Counted from the first letter of the stretch, positions 8,542 to 17,945 are shown. The stretch: DNA of 64,000 bases from a virus (IMGVR_UViG_3300021197_000864:31572-95571), one strand, 5' to 3'. Program-made: numbers and translations. Notes: generated from the sequence alone by a model not told the origin.

Positions 8542-8623
8542 CAAAGCGTTTAATACCATATGGTTGTGTATTGTTTTAAAATAGAGGCTGCCGAAACCCT
8601 TGACGGCATCCTTTATATACCCT
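8542..8623 (+). promoter_or_regulatory. ACCATATGGT palindrome (8555-8564) and CCTTG-N8-CTTTATATACCCT promoter
   Basis: Same sub-motifs as the other modules; no ORF for ~500 bp downstream. Confidence 0.6.
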
Positions 8624-8699
8624 CCTAGCCGACTTGATTTGTAGGAACTGACCAAACATCATTCGTGTACAAGAATAACCTAATTAATACTTAAAGCAG

Positions 8700-9135
8700 T
8701 ATTATTCAAAGGATAAATATTTTACCACCAATATGACATCAGTTATTATTACTAATGATTAAAGAATCATTATTAATACAATATGTATTATTTGATAAAA
8801 ATATCAGTATCTAGTATCCTATATAATATAAGATAACTAAATAATATCTTACTCATTTTGATTAACATTCTTCCTTTTCACTTAAGTGGAAACGAGAGGT
8901 AGAACAAAATGAATAAGATATACAATATATGTATATCATTATAATATACATTATCATTTACTACATTTACATACATACATACATACTTTTTTTCTCTCTC
9001 TCTTTATTTATTTCTCTCTCTATGAAAAACAGTGGAAACGAGAGAAACGAATAAAGTAGAGCAAAGTGGTAAACATATACTAACATATGTATATCATTGT
9101 GTCATTTCCAACAAGTGTAAACGAGTGGAAACAAG
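8700..9135. other. Putative replication origin: AT-rich tract plus AGTGGAAAC ORB-like repeats
   Basis: AGTGGAAACGAGAG at 8885 and 9031, AGTGGAAAC at 9124, variants at 9065 and 9114; ATATGTATATCATT at 8927 and 9085; near the coding-strand switch. Confidence 0.5.
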
Positions 9136-9155
9136 AATAGCATTAAAAAAATAAC

Positions 9156-9584
9156 GTGATTAACATGGATAAAGAAATTAAAAGAACAAATGAAGAAGAT
9201 AACAAAGAAAGGAAGATAACAATGTTTAGTGGAAAGAGTGATGTCAAATATACACCTCCACAAACAATGCAACAACCTTACACAAGAAAACCTCTTGAAG
9301 GTGTAGCACTATTAATACATGAGAAGTGTAATGATATCAAAGGAATGCTTATTGAAAAGAATGAGCAGTATGGAGATTCAGCATTGAATCCAATTAGAAT
9401 ATTTTCAACATCTAATACAGATGAACAACTGCGAGTTAGGATAGATGATAAGTTAAGTCGTTTATCTCGCGGTAATGATTCATTAGAATCAGATGATGAT
9501 ATAATTAATGACCTAATAGGTTACTTAGTTTTATTATCAATACATAAAGACACTCACCCCATAAGTGGAGAAGTTGTGGAATAG
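9156..9584 (+). CDS. DUF1599 / nucleotide-modification-associated domain protein
   Basis: KNEQYGDSA...VRIDDKLSRL...DLIGY motif pattern. Confidence 0.7.
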   Translation: MINMDKEIKRTNEEDNKERKITMFSGKSDVKYTPPQTMQQPYTRKPLEGVALLIHEKCNDIKGMLIEKNEQYGDSALNPIRIFSTSNTDEQLRVRIDDKLSRLSRGNDSLESDDDIINDLIGYLVLLSIHKDTHPISGEVVE

Positions 9585-9660
9585 TCTTAGCGGGCTATCC
9601 TACAATACTTTAGGGTGTTACAAAAAGGGTTTAATCCAAATTAAAAAAGTAAAAAGATAT

Positions 9661-10560
9661 AGTGGATGAGTGCTGTCAAGCATAAAAGTCGCTTGATGCT
9701 AATTCTAGATTAGCAAAGTAATTCAATATAGAGTAGTAGGTTATCACAAGTATTATGCTTGTAATAGTCGGTCAGGTTTGTGTGAAAGCACTTGCTTTAC
9801 TTGAAAGTTGTCATATTACCAAAACTTGTAAAACTAATATGTCTGTAATCTCAAACAGATAATCAGTAAGAATTGTTTCCGCTAGAGACAATGGTCTGCT
9901 GATGACTTACCCACGTGGTGACGGCATAGAACGGTTACTTTCCCTTTAACACTCAATAGTCAATGAAGACTTTAAAATAAAAATACTCTAGATTCGGTTT
10001 AGGGTAGAGGTTTATGCAGTAATTAGTTCAAAACATTGGTCGAGTCCATGTGTTTTTTATTGTAGTGACATGCTATTTGCATCTTGTGAACTCCCTCTAC
10101 CCTCCGAATACTAATTACACTCAAACAATTCTTGTCTTACTACCTTCGGGACTAGAACACAAGAATCATTATGAGTAGAGTTTACTGAAATAAAAAAGAC
10201 AAATCGAGGTGGATTAGATTTCCACCCAAAGCAGTGATTAAATGACCTGCCCAATCTTGAAGTTTTGTTGATGCATTAATTTTCGAGTATCAGTAATGTG
10301 GTTTTCACCCATGTCTTTCTCTACTATTCACACTCACGACTACTTATGTAGTTCACAATTAAGGTTTTATCTTAATAATAAAATCTTCTAGTTTCTCTTG
10401 CTTAGGGGTATATCATTCTTTTATGTGGTGTTTTGGAATGATAAGTGCGTCATGCGACCTCAGTTTATTAGAACTAGAAGATTTTCCCTTAGTTGAGAGT
10501 CGGGTTTGTCAGTTAATACATCGCGGGTAACTGAGCAAGAGCCAAAAGATGTTCCCGACT
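9661..10560 (+). ncRNA. Cluster of putative structured non-coding RNA domains
   Basis: No ORF of 60 aa or more in ~0.9 kb; several long closing stems with internal hairpins (see findings). Strand inferred from neighbouring genes and G-U pairs. Confidence 0.5.
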
Positions 10561-10574
10561 AATCACATTCCAAT

Positions 10575-10832
10575 ATGGAGATAATTAAAATGAAGATAGA
10601 CTTAAGCGAAACAAAACCTGTATATGAATTACACATTTGGTATGAATTAACACAATCACCATTAGGTGAGTTTGATGACTTTGAAAAGTTTGATGATAAA
10701 GACAAGGCGTTAGAAGCATATCACAAATTAGATTGTGCTTACAAGGTACTCATAGAGTATGCAGGTGATGATGGTGATGTGTTGTTGGAATACAGCCACT
10801 ACACTGATGATGGTAGGGGTGATGACAAATGA
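10575..10832 (+). CDS. Acidic hypothetical protein
   Basis: 85-aa ORF with ATGA overlap to the next gene. Confidence 0.65.
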   Translation: MEIIKMKIDLSETKPVYELHIWYELTQSPLGEFDDFEKFDDKDKALEAYHKLDCAYKVLIEYAGDDGDVLLEYSHYTDDGRGDDK

Positions 10833-11377
10833 ATATATTTATACTAAGTAACACACCAAAAGAATGCGCTAAACAGATGTTAGATAAGCACGTAGTTAAA
10901 ATGCCAACAGAAAGTATGCAGATGATTTCAACGATTTTACATCATCATGGTATAGATTCACCTTACAAACCTGTAATGTTAAATCACCCTTGTACTATTT
11001 GGGCTAGAAAAAGTAGACAAAACTTTAGTTTTCTTTGGGAACATTGCTTTGAATTGTGCAAAGAATATACAAAGCGTTATGGAAAAGTACACAAAGTCGA
11101 AGAAACTTTACAAGAGTATGCAAGTAAAATTGCAGAAATGTACATTTTGTTACCTGATACTGGACTAACACCGTTTGCTCAAGCAATGCCTGACAAATAC
11201 AAAAATGAAGATGCAGTGAAAGCATATCGTGAATACTATCTAAACGAGAAATATACTTTCGCTACATGGAAAACACAAGAGCCTGATTGGTGGCCTGATA
11301 ACCATTACAACAATATGATAGACTTAAGAAAGAAACAGTTTCAAGATAAAATGAGGAGAAATAAATATGCCATATAA
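10829..11377 (+). CDS. Pyrimidine-dimer DNA glycosylase-like protein (T4 DenV-related)
   Basis: MNIFIL..P..CA....DKHVVKM..E..Q, NHPCTIWAR, EY..RYGK.H, TPFAQAMPD and AYREYY motifs. Confidence 0.7.
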   Translation: MNIFILSNTPKECAKQMLDKHVVKMPTESMQMISTILHHHGIDSPYKPVMLNHPCTIWARKSRQNFSFLWEHCFELCKEYTKRYGKVHKVEETLQEYASKIAEMYILLPDTGLTPFAQAMPDKYKNEDAVKAYREYYLNEKYTFATWKTQEPDWWPDNHYNNMIDLRKKQFQDKMRRNKYAI

Positions 11378-11900
11378 TAATTGCCAAAAAATAATGGAAG
11401 ACGGACACAGATGTAATAAACAGTTTAGAGTACCTTCACATAAATGGAAGATGAAATTCTGTCCTGAGTGTGAAACTAATCCTAAACATAAAGGGAATAG
11501 GATGAATGCCTTAGCAAACGAATTACAGATTAAAGATTATCTTAGAGCATTAATGAAAGAATATCCTAGTGTTAAAGATATAGTGCCTAGTCAAACTCAA
11601 ATAGATGAAATACGCAAAGTGTTGAAGAGTTTTAGTGATGAATTAGATAGAATGAGACTCACAAAAGGAGAAATTGATAGAGGACTTAGGGCTAATAAAA
11701 CACATCTATCTAAAAAAATAAATGAATATAGTAATATAATCAATGAAGAATTGAATGTTGCTCGAAGTGAATTAAAGGAATTAACTAAACCTGAATCGGA
11801 AAAGTTACAGAGACAAATGCTCACACTAAGTAATAGACTTACTAAGTTAGAGAAAAGGCTAAAAGTAATAGAAGATGATTGGAGTGATGTTGATTGTTGA
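11367..11900 (+). CDS. Zinc-finger plus coiled-coil protein
   Basis: C..C...FCPEC N-terminus; heptad-rich C-terminus. Confidence 0.6.
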   Translation: MPYNNCQKIMEDGHRCNKQFRVPSHKWKMKFCPECETNPKHKGNRMNALANELQIKDYLRALMKEYPSVKDIVPSQTQIDEIRKVLKSFSDELDRMRLTKGEIDRGLRANKTHLSKKINEYSNIINEELNVARSELKELTKPESEKLQRQMLTLSNRLTKLEKRLKVIEDDWSDVDC

Positions 11901-12014
11901 AGTGTAGTGAATGTCATGACACTGGGATGGTAGTTAAACAAGACGCAACAGGTGAAATGGATGTTGAAATGTGTATTTGTAAATCACATGCGTATAAGGA
12001 TTGGTTGATTAAAT

Positions 12015-12248
12015 ATGGACTTAAATGATATTAAGAATTTTGAAATGATGAAGCATCATTTTAATCAGATGATAGAGTTCTATGAGAAGATGCCACCATT
12101 GGTAAGTAATATCCATAGAACGATAATTGAAGATTCATTGACTTCAATAGCAGCCGTTATGGAAGGAGTAACAGCACAGTTATTAGAAATAATTGATGAT
12201 GATTCAGTAATAGTAGATGTGAAGAATATGATGGAGGATGAATTATAA
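12015..12248 (+). CDS. Hypothetical protein
   Basis: 77-aa ORF in operon orientation. Confidence 0.6.
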   Translation: MDLNDIKNFEMMKHHFNQMIEFYEKMPPLVSNIHRTIIEDSLTSIAAVMEGVTAQLLEIIDDDSVIVDVKNMMEDEL

Positions 12249-12564
12249 TGGAGTTCTTTTTAATCATGTTAGTAATATTTATTAGTTTACGTTTATTGGG
12301 GTTTAAGATATGACTATTAGAGTTAGAAGATGTAAGATTTGTGGTAAAAACCACCGCATCAAAGACCAATATGCTAGTAGGATTTGTGAAGAATGCTACC
12401 AAAAAAAAGAAGGAGAAGAATGAATATGAAATTATTATGTAAAGGGTGTCTATATGTTATGGAACACCACAAAAGTAAAATTAGCAACAGGTGGCTTTGT
12501 ACTAGATGTAGCAAGCCGTTTATACCTGAAGGATATACATCTATAAAAATAGGAGAAAAGTAAA

Positions 12565-12756
12565 ATGAAAACAACAATGAAAACAACAACAGGTGAAACG
12601 ACAATAGATTGGTCAGAAGTTTGTGCAGTAACAGTCTGCCGAGTTTGGTCAACTGAATTTGAGATGATGCTAGAAGAATATCATGTGCATCTTAAATCAG
12701 GCACGATTTTTGTAACACAAGATGCAAAGATTAAATCCGTAGGGTGGTGGGCTTAG
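12565..12756 (+). CDS. Hypothetical protein
   Basis: 63 aa; AGGAG RBS. Confidence 0.6.
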   Translation: MKTTMKTTTGETTIDWSEVCAVTVCRVWSTEFEMMLEEYHVHLKSGTIFVTQDAKIKSVGWWA

Positions 12757-13011
12757 ATGAATACATTTCAAATGGAAATAGAAACTAAATTAATTAATGA
12801 TATTGATTTACCACCATTGATTGTCAAGATGGATGAAAATGATTATCCTAAGATATTAATTAATACAGCACACAAGACTTGGTTGATGTTATATCGTAAA
12901 GAAATAGCAGGATGTGCAGAACATTTATTTAAACAATTAGATAGAGTTCTTACAGCGCACCTACAAGAAATGCGCTCATTTGAGAAAATGGAAGATGAGC
13001 AAAATGACTGA
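12757..13011 (+). CDS. Hypothetical protein
   Basis: 84 aa; abuts the previous gene. Confidence 0.65.
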   Translation: MNTFQMEIETKLINDIDLPPLIVKMDENDYPKILINTAHKTWLMLYRKEIAGCAEHLFKQLDRVLTAHLQEMRSFEKMEDEQND

Positions 13012-13576
13012 TGATAGTTTTCTTCTAGAGTTAAAAGAAGGGGCGACTGAAAAAGGTAAACTGAATATTAGATTATTGATGAACACTTACTATCTATCAA
13101 TCAGAGCAGGATTAAGTGATGCTTTGTGTTTGACTTGTCATGACCCTATTGATATAAATCAAATTTTAGGTAGTGGTCAAAAGTATAATTTGTTTTGTTC
13201 ACTTACGTGTAGAAAAGAAATGTATGATAGTCGAAAACCACAGTTCCCTCCGACAACAAAACATTGTGAAAATTGTGGAGTTCCTTTTACGGTGCATAGT
13301 GCAAAAATGCTAGGGGTAAGAAAATATTGTAGAGAACAATGTCAAGTTGAATCAAAGAACAAAAGAAAATTAATTAAGAGAATAGATGACATACAGAATT
13401 TCAATGCTCTTAAAAATAGATTAGAAAGAAACATAGCATCATTCAAAAAAGGTAAAGGTGTTGAATGTTTGGAGTGTGGGAAATTGTTTATTGGTAAGTC
13501 AAGTAAGAAGTTTTGTTCAGACCAACCTTGTGGTCAAACATATAGAAGAAGACAAAAGAAAAACGGAATGAGATAA
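12980..13576 (+). CDS. Multi-zinc-finger protein
   Basis: Three CxxC...(F/Y)CxxxC-type units. Confidence 0.7.
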   Translation: MRKWKMSKMTDDSFLLELKEGATEKGKLNIRLLMNTYYLSIRAGLSDALCLTCHDPIDINQILGSGQKYNLFCSLTCRKEMYDSRKPQFPPTTKHCENCGVPFTVHSAKMLGVRKYCREQCQVESKNKRKLIKRIDDIQNFNALKNRLERNIASFKKGKGVECLECGKLFIGKSSKKFCSDQPCGQTYRRRQKKNGMR

Positions 13577-13577
13577 A

Positions 13578-14753
13578 ATGATAGAAGAAGAATACAAATA
13601 TAAAAGAGAATTAGGTGAAGGAAAGTGGGACAAGATTCTGAAAAGAAAGATGGTAGAACTATCCGTTGCTGATAATTATGATGAAGCAAAGCATGAATGG
13701 ATAGCAACAGGTGAATGTTGGTGGAGTGGATTAAGTGAGATGCCTGAATGGGTTACAACTCACCCACGCAAATGTTTATGTTCACACAATATTGTATATC
13801 ATTTTGAGATATTAAATACTGAAAATGGTATACGAGAGTGTGTAGGTTCAGACCATATTAATTCATACTTAATCTTGAGAGCAATTGCAGAAGATACTGG
13901 ATTAGATATTGACTCAATATCAGAAGATATGATTGAGAAATGGATTAATGTTAGAGTCGAATCTATGAAGAAAACTGCGTGGTGGCATACTAATGGTGAT
14001 ACATTTACAACAATGTTTGACCATGTTAAAGATTTAGATATGAGAGTGAATGTTCGTAAAGTAGGTAAATACTATAATCATGAATATAAACAGTATTTTG
14101 ATAATACTAAGATTCGTAAATCTAGTAAGGGTACTTATGGCGCACCAACATATAAGATGGCTAGTATCGTTTGGAGATGGAATAGTCCTGAAAATCCAAA
14201 GAGACAGATTTTAACAAGAGGTTATCCAACTGAGAAGTTGATGAATGATTTAACATTGTTTTATGCTATGTTTGAAATGCATCAGACATTAACAGAGAAT
14301 GAGGATAAGAAACTTGCTGAAAGACTTCTTGAGGTTCAAAAAGAGAAGGATGACTTAATATCAAGAAGACAAAGATATATGGAAATAGAGAGAAATAAAA
14401 TGATTGCTTCTAATATTGAAGAGAATCAAAATGATTCAGAATTTGAGGACAAATGTAACTATTATGGTATCAGAATGTTTTCAGAATTAGATGGTATTAA
14501 TGATTGGGAACGTAAGTTCTTAAGTAGTATTAAGGATTGGATTATGTCGGGCAAAGAACCTACTGAGGCACAACGCCAATCACTAGTAAAAATTCTAAAC
14601 AGAGACAATGGAGATGTTCAAATGGCAACAGAAAAACAATGTAGTTATTTGAGGAACTTAGGCTATGAAGGAGACTTTGCAAGCCTAAGTAAACACGATG
14701 CATCAGCAGCCATTTCAACTCTGTTAGAAGAAAGGAGGAAAGGATATGAGTAA
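13578..14753 (+). CDS. Hypothetical protein with Cys/His metal-binding motif
   Basis: CLCSH...CVGSDHI; C-terminal ATEKQ..YL motif. Confidence 0.75.
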   Translation: MIEEEYKYKRELGEGKWDKILKRKMVELSVADNYDEAKHEWIATGECWWSGLSEMPEWVTTHPRKCLCSHNIVYHFEILNTENGIRECVGSDHINSYLILRAIAEDTGLDIDSISEDMIEKWINVRVESMKKTAWWHTNGDTFTTMFDHVKDLDMRVNVRKVGKYYNHEYKQYFDNTKIRKSSKGTYGAPTYKMASIVWRWNSPENPKRQILTRGYPTEKLMNDLTLFYAMFEMHQTLTENEDKKLAERLLEVQKEKDDLISRRQRYMEIERNKMIASNIEENQNDSEFEDKCNYYGIRMFSELDGINDWERKFLSSIKDWIMSGKEPTEAQRQSLVKILNRDNGDVQMATEKQCSYLRNLGYEGDFASLSKHDASAAISTLLEERRKGYE

Positions 14754-14812
14754 GATAGGAGCATTGGCGAGATTTGCAGTAGGCGTAGTAGTGGTATCAA
14801 CATTATGGCCTA

Positions 14813-15046
14813 TTGGATTATTCGGAGATGAGTAAAATGAGTAAAAAGAAAAGTGTAAAAACAGAAGAAGCAGAACCAGTGAACGCAGAACCAACTGTTG
14901 AGGATTATATTGCCGAGATAAATAAGGCACAAAATATAATCAATCAACTAGTTGCAGATTTGAACAACCATAAGGCATTATGTGTTCAATATGAAAATAC
15001 AATAAACGCTTTAACAGGCCGTTTATTAGAGGGAAGGTCGCAATAA
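14813..15046 (+). CDS. Coiled-coil hypothetical protein
   Basis: 77-aa ORF. Confidence 0.6.
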   Translation: MDYSEMSKMSKKKSVKTEEAEPVNAEPTVEDYIAEINKAQNIINQLVADLNNHKALCVQYENTINALTGRLLEGRSQ

Positions 15047-15093
15047 TTATAGACCTATAAAAATGTAGAGAAAAATACAAGGAAAGTGAAAAT

Positions 15094-15303
15094 ATGAAAT
15101 TAACAATAGCAAATGAAACCGGACATACGGTAATGGAAAATATGACAGTAGATGATATGCTTGACCAAATACAAGACCATCCAACACATTGGATATATCT
15201 TGATGGGATTCAAGTACCTAAAGAAACAATTACAGCAACAGACTGGGACTCAGTAGCAGATGTACTGCTAATGCCCGGTATGCAGGGTGGAGGCAACCAA
15301 TAA
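15094..15303 (+). CDS. Ubiquitin-like beta-grasp protein (ThiS/MoaD/SAMP-type) precursor
   Basis: 69 aa; C-terminus VLLMPGMQGG-GNQ matches the hydrophobic-strand-P-x-x-x-GG end of SAMP/MoaD, plus a short extension. Confidence 0.7.
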   Translation: MKLTIANETGHTVMENMTVDDMLDQIQDHPTHWIYLDGIQVPKETITATDWDSVADVLLMPGMQGGGNQ

Positions 15304-15334
15304 ATACCATTTAGGTATTTATGTCTCTACAATT

Positions 15335-15380
15335 GAGGTGGCAGCATTCCCTCACAATTTGCTGCCCCTCATACCTTTTT
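15335..15380 (+). terminator. GC-rich hairpin after the Ubl gene
   Basis: GAGG(T)GGCAGCA...TGCTGCCCCTC followed by a T-run. Confidence 0.55.
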
Positions 15381-15394
15381 AGGAGAGGAATCCT

Positions 15395-15775
15395 ATGTTA
15401 TGCGATTATGCGAATATATTACCGACTGGAATATTACCAGTCTTTTTGAAATCACAAGGTTGGCTTTACCGTGATAGTAAAAAATATGAAGATTATACTT
15501 TAATGAAGCCCGACTTTTACCCTGTTGGATATGTTCTAGCAGTGAGTATGAAAGCAGTTATTATTTGTGATGGGGAAACCTTGATTGAATATAACAATAA
15601 ACAATATAAAGATGTAGATGATTTAATTTCAGAATATGGAATTGATGTAATTTCTACCTTCCCATCTTGGAACTTTTTGGTCGAGAGAGAATGGGTCGTA
15701 AAGAAGAATGGTGAATATGTTCATTCATTCTCTTCATTTGACCAAATAGTAGAAAGAAAAAAATTAAGGTGTTAA
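15395..15775 (+). CDS. Hypothetical protein
   Basis: 126 aa; GGAGAGG RBS. Confidence 0.65.
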   Translation: MLCDYANILPTGILPVFLKSQGWLYRDSKKYEDYTLMKPDFYPVGYVLAVSMKAVIICDGETLIEYNNKQYKDVDDLISEYGIDVISTFPSWNFLVEREWVVKKNGEYVHSFSSFDQIVERKKLRC

Positions 15776-17661
15776 AGATGAAAGAAATGGAACTACAAAA
15801 TAAAGTGCTATCAGAGTTTAATGTATTTACGAAGTATGCTAAATATAGAGCAGATGATAATAGAAGAGAAACGTGGGATGAGATTTGTGAAAGAAACAAA
15901 CAAATGCATCTTAAAAAATATATTAATAGAGGTAATCCTCAATTGATTGAAGAGATAGAAAATGTATATGAGAACTTTGTTAAACCTAGAAAGGTAGTTC
16001 CATCAATGAGGTCTTTTCAATTTGCAGGTAAACCCGTAGAACTATCACCTAATAGATTATACAATTGTGCATATATGCCAATAGATTCTTTAGAGTGTTT
16101 TTCTGAGTCTATGTTTTTGTTATTAGGTGGAACAGGTGTAGGGTATTCCGTACAACGTCATCATGTAGAACAACTACCAACTATCAGAAAACCCAATCCT
16201 GATAAGTTTAGAAGAATATTAATTAATGATTCTATTGAAGGTTGGGCTGATGCAATTAAAGTTCTTTTTGAATCATACTTTGGTATGAGAACATCTTCTC
16301 CTAATTTTGATTATGATGATATTAGACCTAAAGGTGCGCCACTAAAAACTAGTGGTGGAAAAGCACCCGGTCCAGCACCACTAAAAATAGCATTAGTTAA
16401 AATTGAAACAATGTTATTACAAAAAGAAGAAGGTACACAACTAACTCCTTTAGAGTGCCATGATATATTATGTCATATTGCTCATGCAGTTTTATCGGGT
16501 GGTATTAGACGAGCAGCATTAATATCTTTATTTAGTGCTGATGATAATGAAATGATTAATTGTAAAGCAGGTAAGTGGTATGAACAGAATCCACAAAGAG
16601 GTAGAGCAAATAACTCAGCATTCTTACTTAGACATAGAATAGAAAAAGGATTCTTTGAAGATTTATGGGAAAGAATTAGATTATCTAACTCAGGAGAACC
16701 GGGAATATATTTCTCCCATGATAAAGATTGGGGAACAAATCCTTGCTGCGAGATTGCTTTACGCCCATATCAGTTCTGTAACTTGTCAGAGTGTAATGTT
16801 TCTGATGTTTTATCTCAAGAAGATTTAGAAGAGAGAGTAAAAGCAGCCGCTTTCTTAGGAACTTTACAAGCAGGTTATACAGATTTCCACTATTTACGGG
16901 AAGTTTGGCAGAAAACTACTGAAAAAGATGCACTTTTAGGTGTGTCTATGACGGGAATAGGTAGTAATAAAGTAACTTTATTAGATATTGAACAAGCAGC
17001 AATCGTTGCAAAGAATGAAAATGAAAGAGTTGCTGAATTACTTGGGATAAATAAAGCAGCAAGAGTTACTTGTGTTAAACCATCAGGAACGGCTAGTTGT
17101 GTATTAGGTACTTCATCAGGTATTCATCCTTGGTATGCTCCATTCTATAATAGAAGAGTTAGAGTAAACAAAGTAGAACCTGTATATCAATATCTATTAG
17201 ATAGAGTACCTGATTTAATAGAAGATGATTACTTTAGTGCTACTGAAGCAGTATTCTCTATACCACAAAAAGCACCTAAAGGTGATGTAATAACTAGACA
17301 TGAGTCTGCAATTAATATGTTAGAACGTGTAAAGCGTTTTTCTGTTGGTTGGGTTCAACGTGGTCATAGGGATGGATTGAATACTCATAATGTATCTGCA
17401 ACTGTTCAAATTCGTGAAGATGAATGGGAAGATGTAGGTGCATGGATGTGGTTAAATAGACATTATTACAATGGTCTAGCAGTTTTACCATATGATAATG
17501 GTTCTTATAAACAAGCACCATTTGAAGAAATAACAGAAGAAGAATATAATAGTATGAGGTCTAAACTATATGATTTAGACTTTACACAAGTAATAGAATT
17601 AGATGACAATACCGATTTACAAGGAGAAATTGCTTGTGCAGGTGGAGTTTGTGAAATATGA
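15769..17661 (+). CDS. nrdJ: Class II (adenosylcobalamin-dependent) ribonucleotide reductase
   Basis: RETWDE, PSMR, YNCAY, GGTGVGYSV, GGIRRAA, TNPCCEI, KPSGT and C-terminal CAGGVCEI motifs; no small-subunit gene nearby. Confidence 0.93.
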   Translation: MLKMKEMELQNKVLSEFNVFTKYAKYRADDNRRETWDEICERNKQMHLKKYINRGNPQLIEEIENVYENFVKPRKVVPSMRSFQFAGKPVELSPNRLYNCAYMPIDSLECFSESMFLLLGGTGVGYSVQRHHVEQLPTIRKPNPDKFRRILINDSIEGWADAIKVLFESYFGMRTSSPNFDYDDIRPKGAPLKTSGGKAPGPAPLKIALVKIETMLLQKEEGTQLTPLECHDILCHIAHAVLSGGIRRAALISLFSADDNEMINCKAGKWYEQNPQRGRANNSAFLLRHRIEKGFFEDLWERIRLSNSGEPGIYFSHDKDWGTNPCCEIALRPYQFCNLSECNVSDVLSQEDLEERVKAAAFLGTLQAGYTDFHYLREVWQKTTEKDALLGVSMTGIGSNKVTLLDIEQAAIVAKNENERVAELLGINKAARVTCVKPSGTASCVLGTSSGIHPWYAPFYNRRVRVNKVEPVYQYLLDRVPDLIEDDYFSATEAVFSIPQKAPKGDVITRHESAINMLERVKRFSVGWVQRGHRDGLNTHNVSATVQIREDEWEDVGAWMWLNRHYYNGLAVLPYDNGSYKQAPFEEITEEEYNSMRSKLYDLDFTQVIELDDNTDLQGEIACAGGVCEI

Positions 17662-17945
17662 GATATAGGTCAAAACTGAATAGAGAAGAGTTTCTAGAAA
17701 TAGAACAAGAAATATATGATATGTTTTCTAATGATACAGTTAAAAACAATGTGCATAAGAGATTCAATCAGTTGAGGGATGGTAATATGACTCCCCTAAC
17801 ATTTATGCATAACTTATTGCGTACAATGAATACTATCAACAATATAACGAGGAGTGAAGCCCTCACAAAAATAGTGGAAACACACGAATATAAAAAATAT
17901 AAAGAGAGGAATATAAATGAAGATAATTTACGAGAACATACCTAA
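17658..17945 (+). CDS. Hypothetical protein
   Basis: 95 aa; ATGA overlap. Confidence 0.6.
   Translation: MRYRSKLNREEFLEIEQEIYDMFSNDTVKNNVHKRFNQLRDGNMTPLTFMHNLLRTMNTINNITRSEALTKIVETHEYKKYKERNINEDNLREHT

Noticed and set aside
8885-9135. GAAAC-containing repeats as a mini-CRISPR array (a Cas4-like gene is present)
   Set aside because: Repeats are only 9-14 bp with irregular spacing; stand-alone Cas4-like nucleases are common in archaeal viruses.
9899-9935. CTGATGA as a hammerhead ribozyme core
   Set aside because: The following stem is not followed by GAAA, and stems I and III cannot be built.
10030-10060. TGGTCGAGTCCA as a tRNA T-arm
   Set aside because: Lacks the TTC consensus, and no cloverleaf could be assembled; no tRNA called by eye anywhere in the window.
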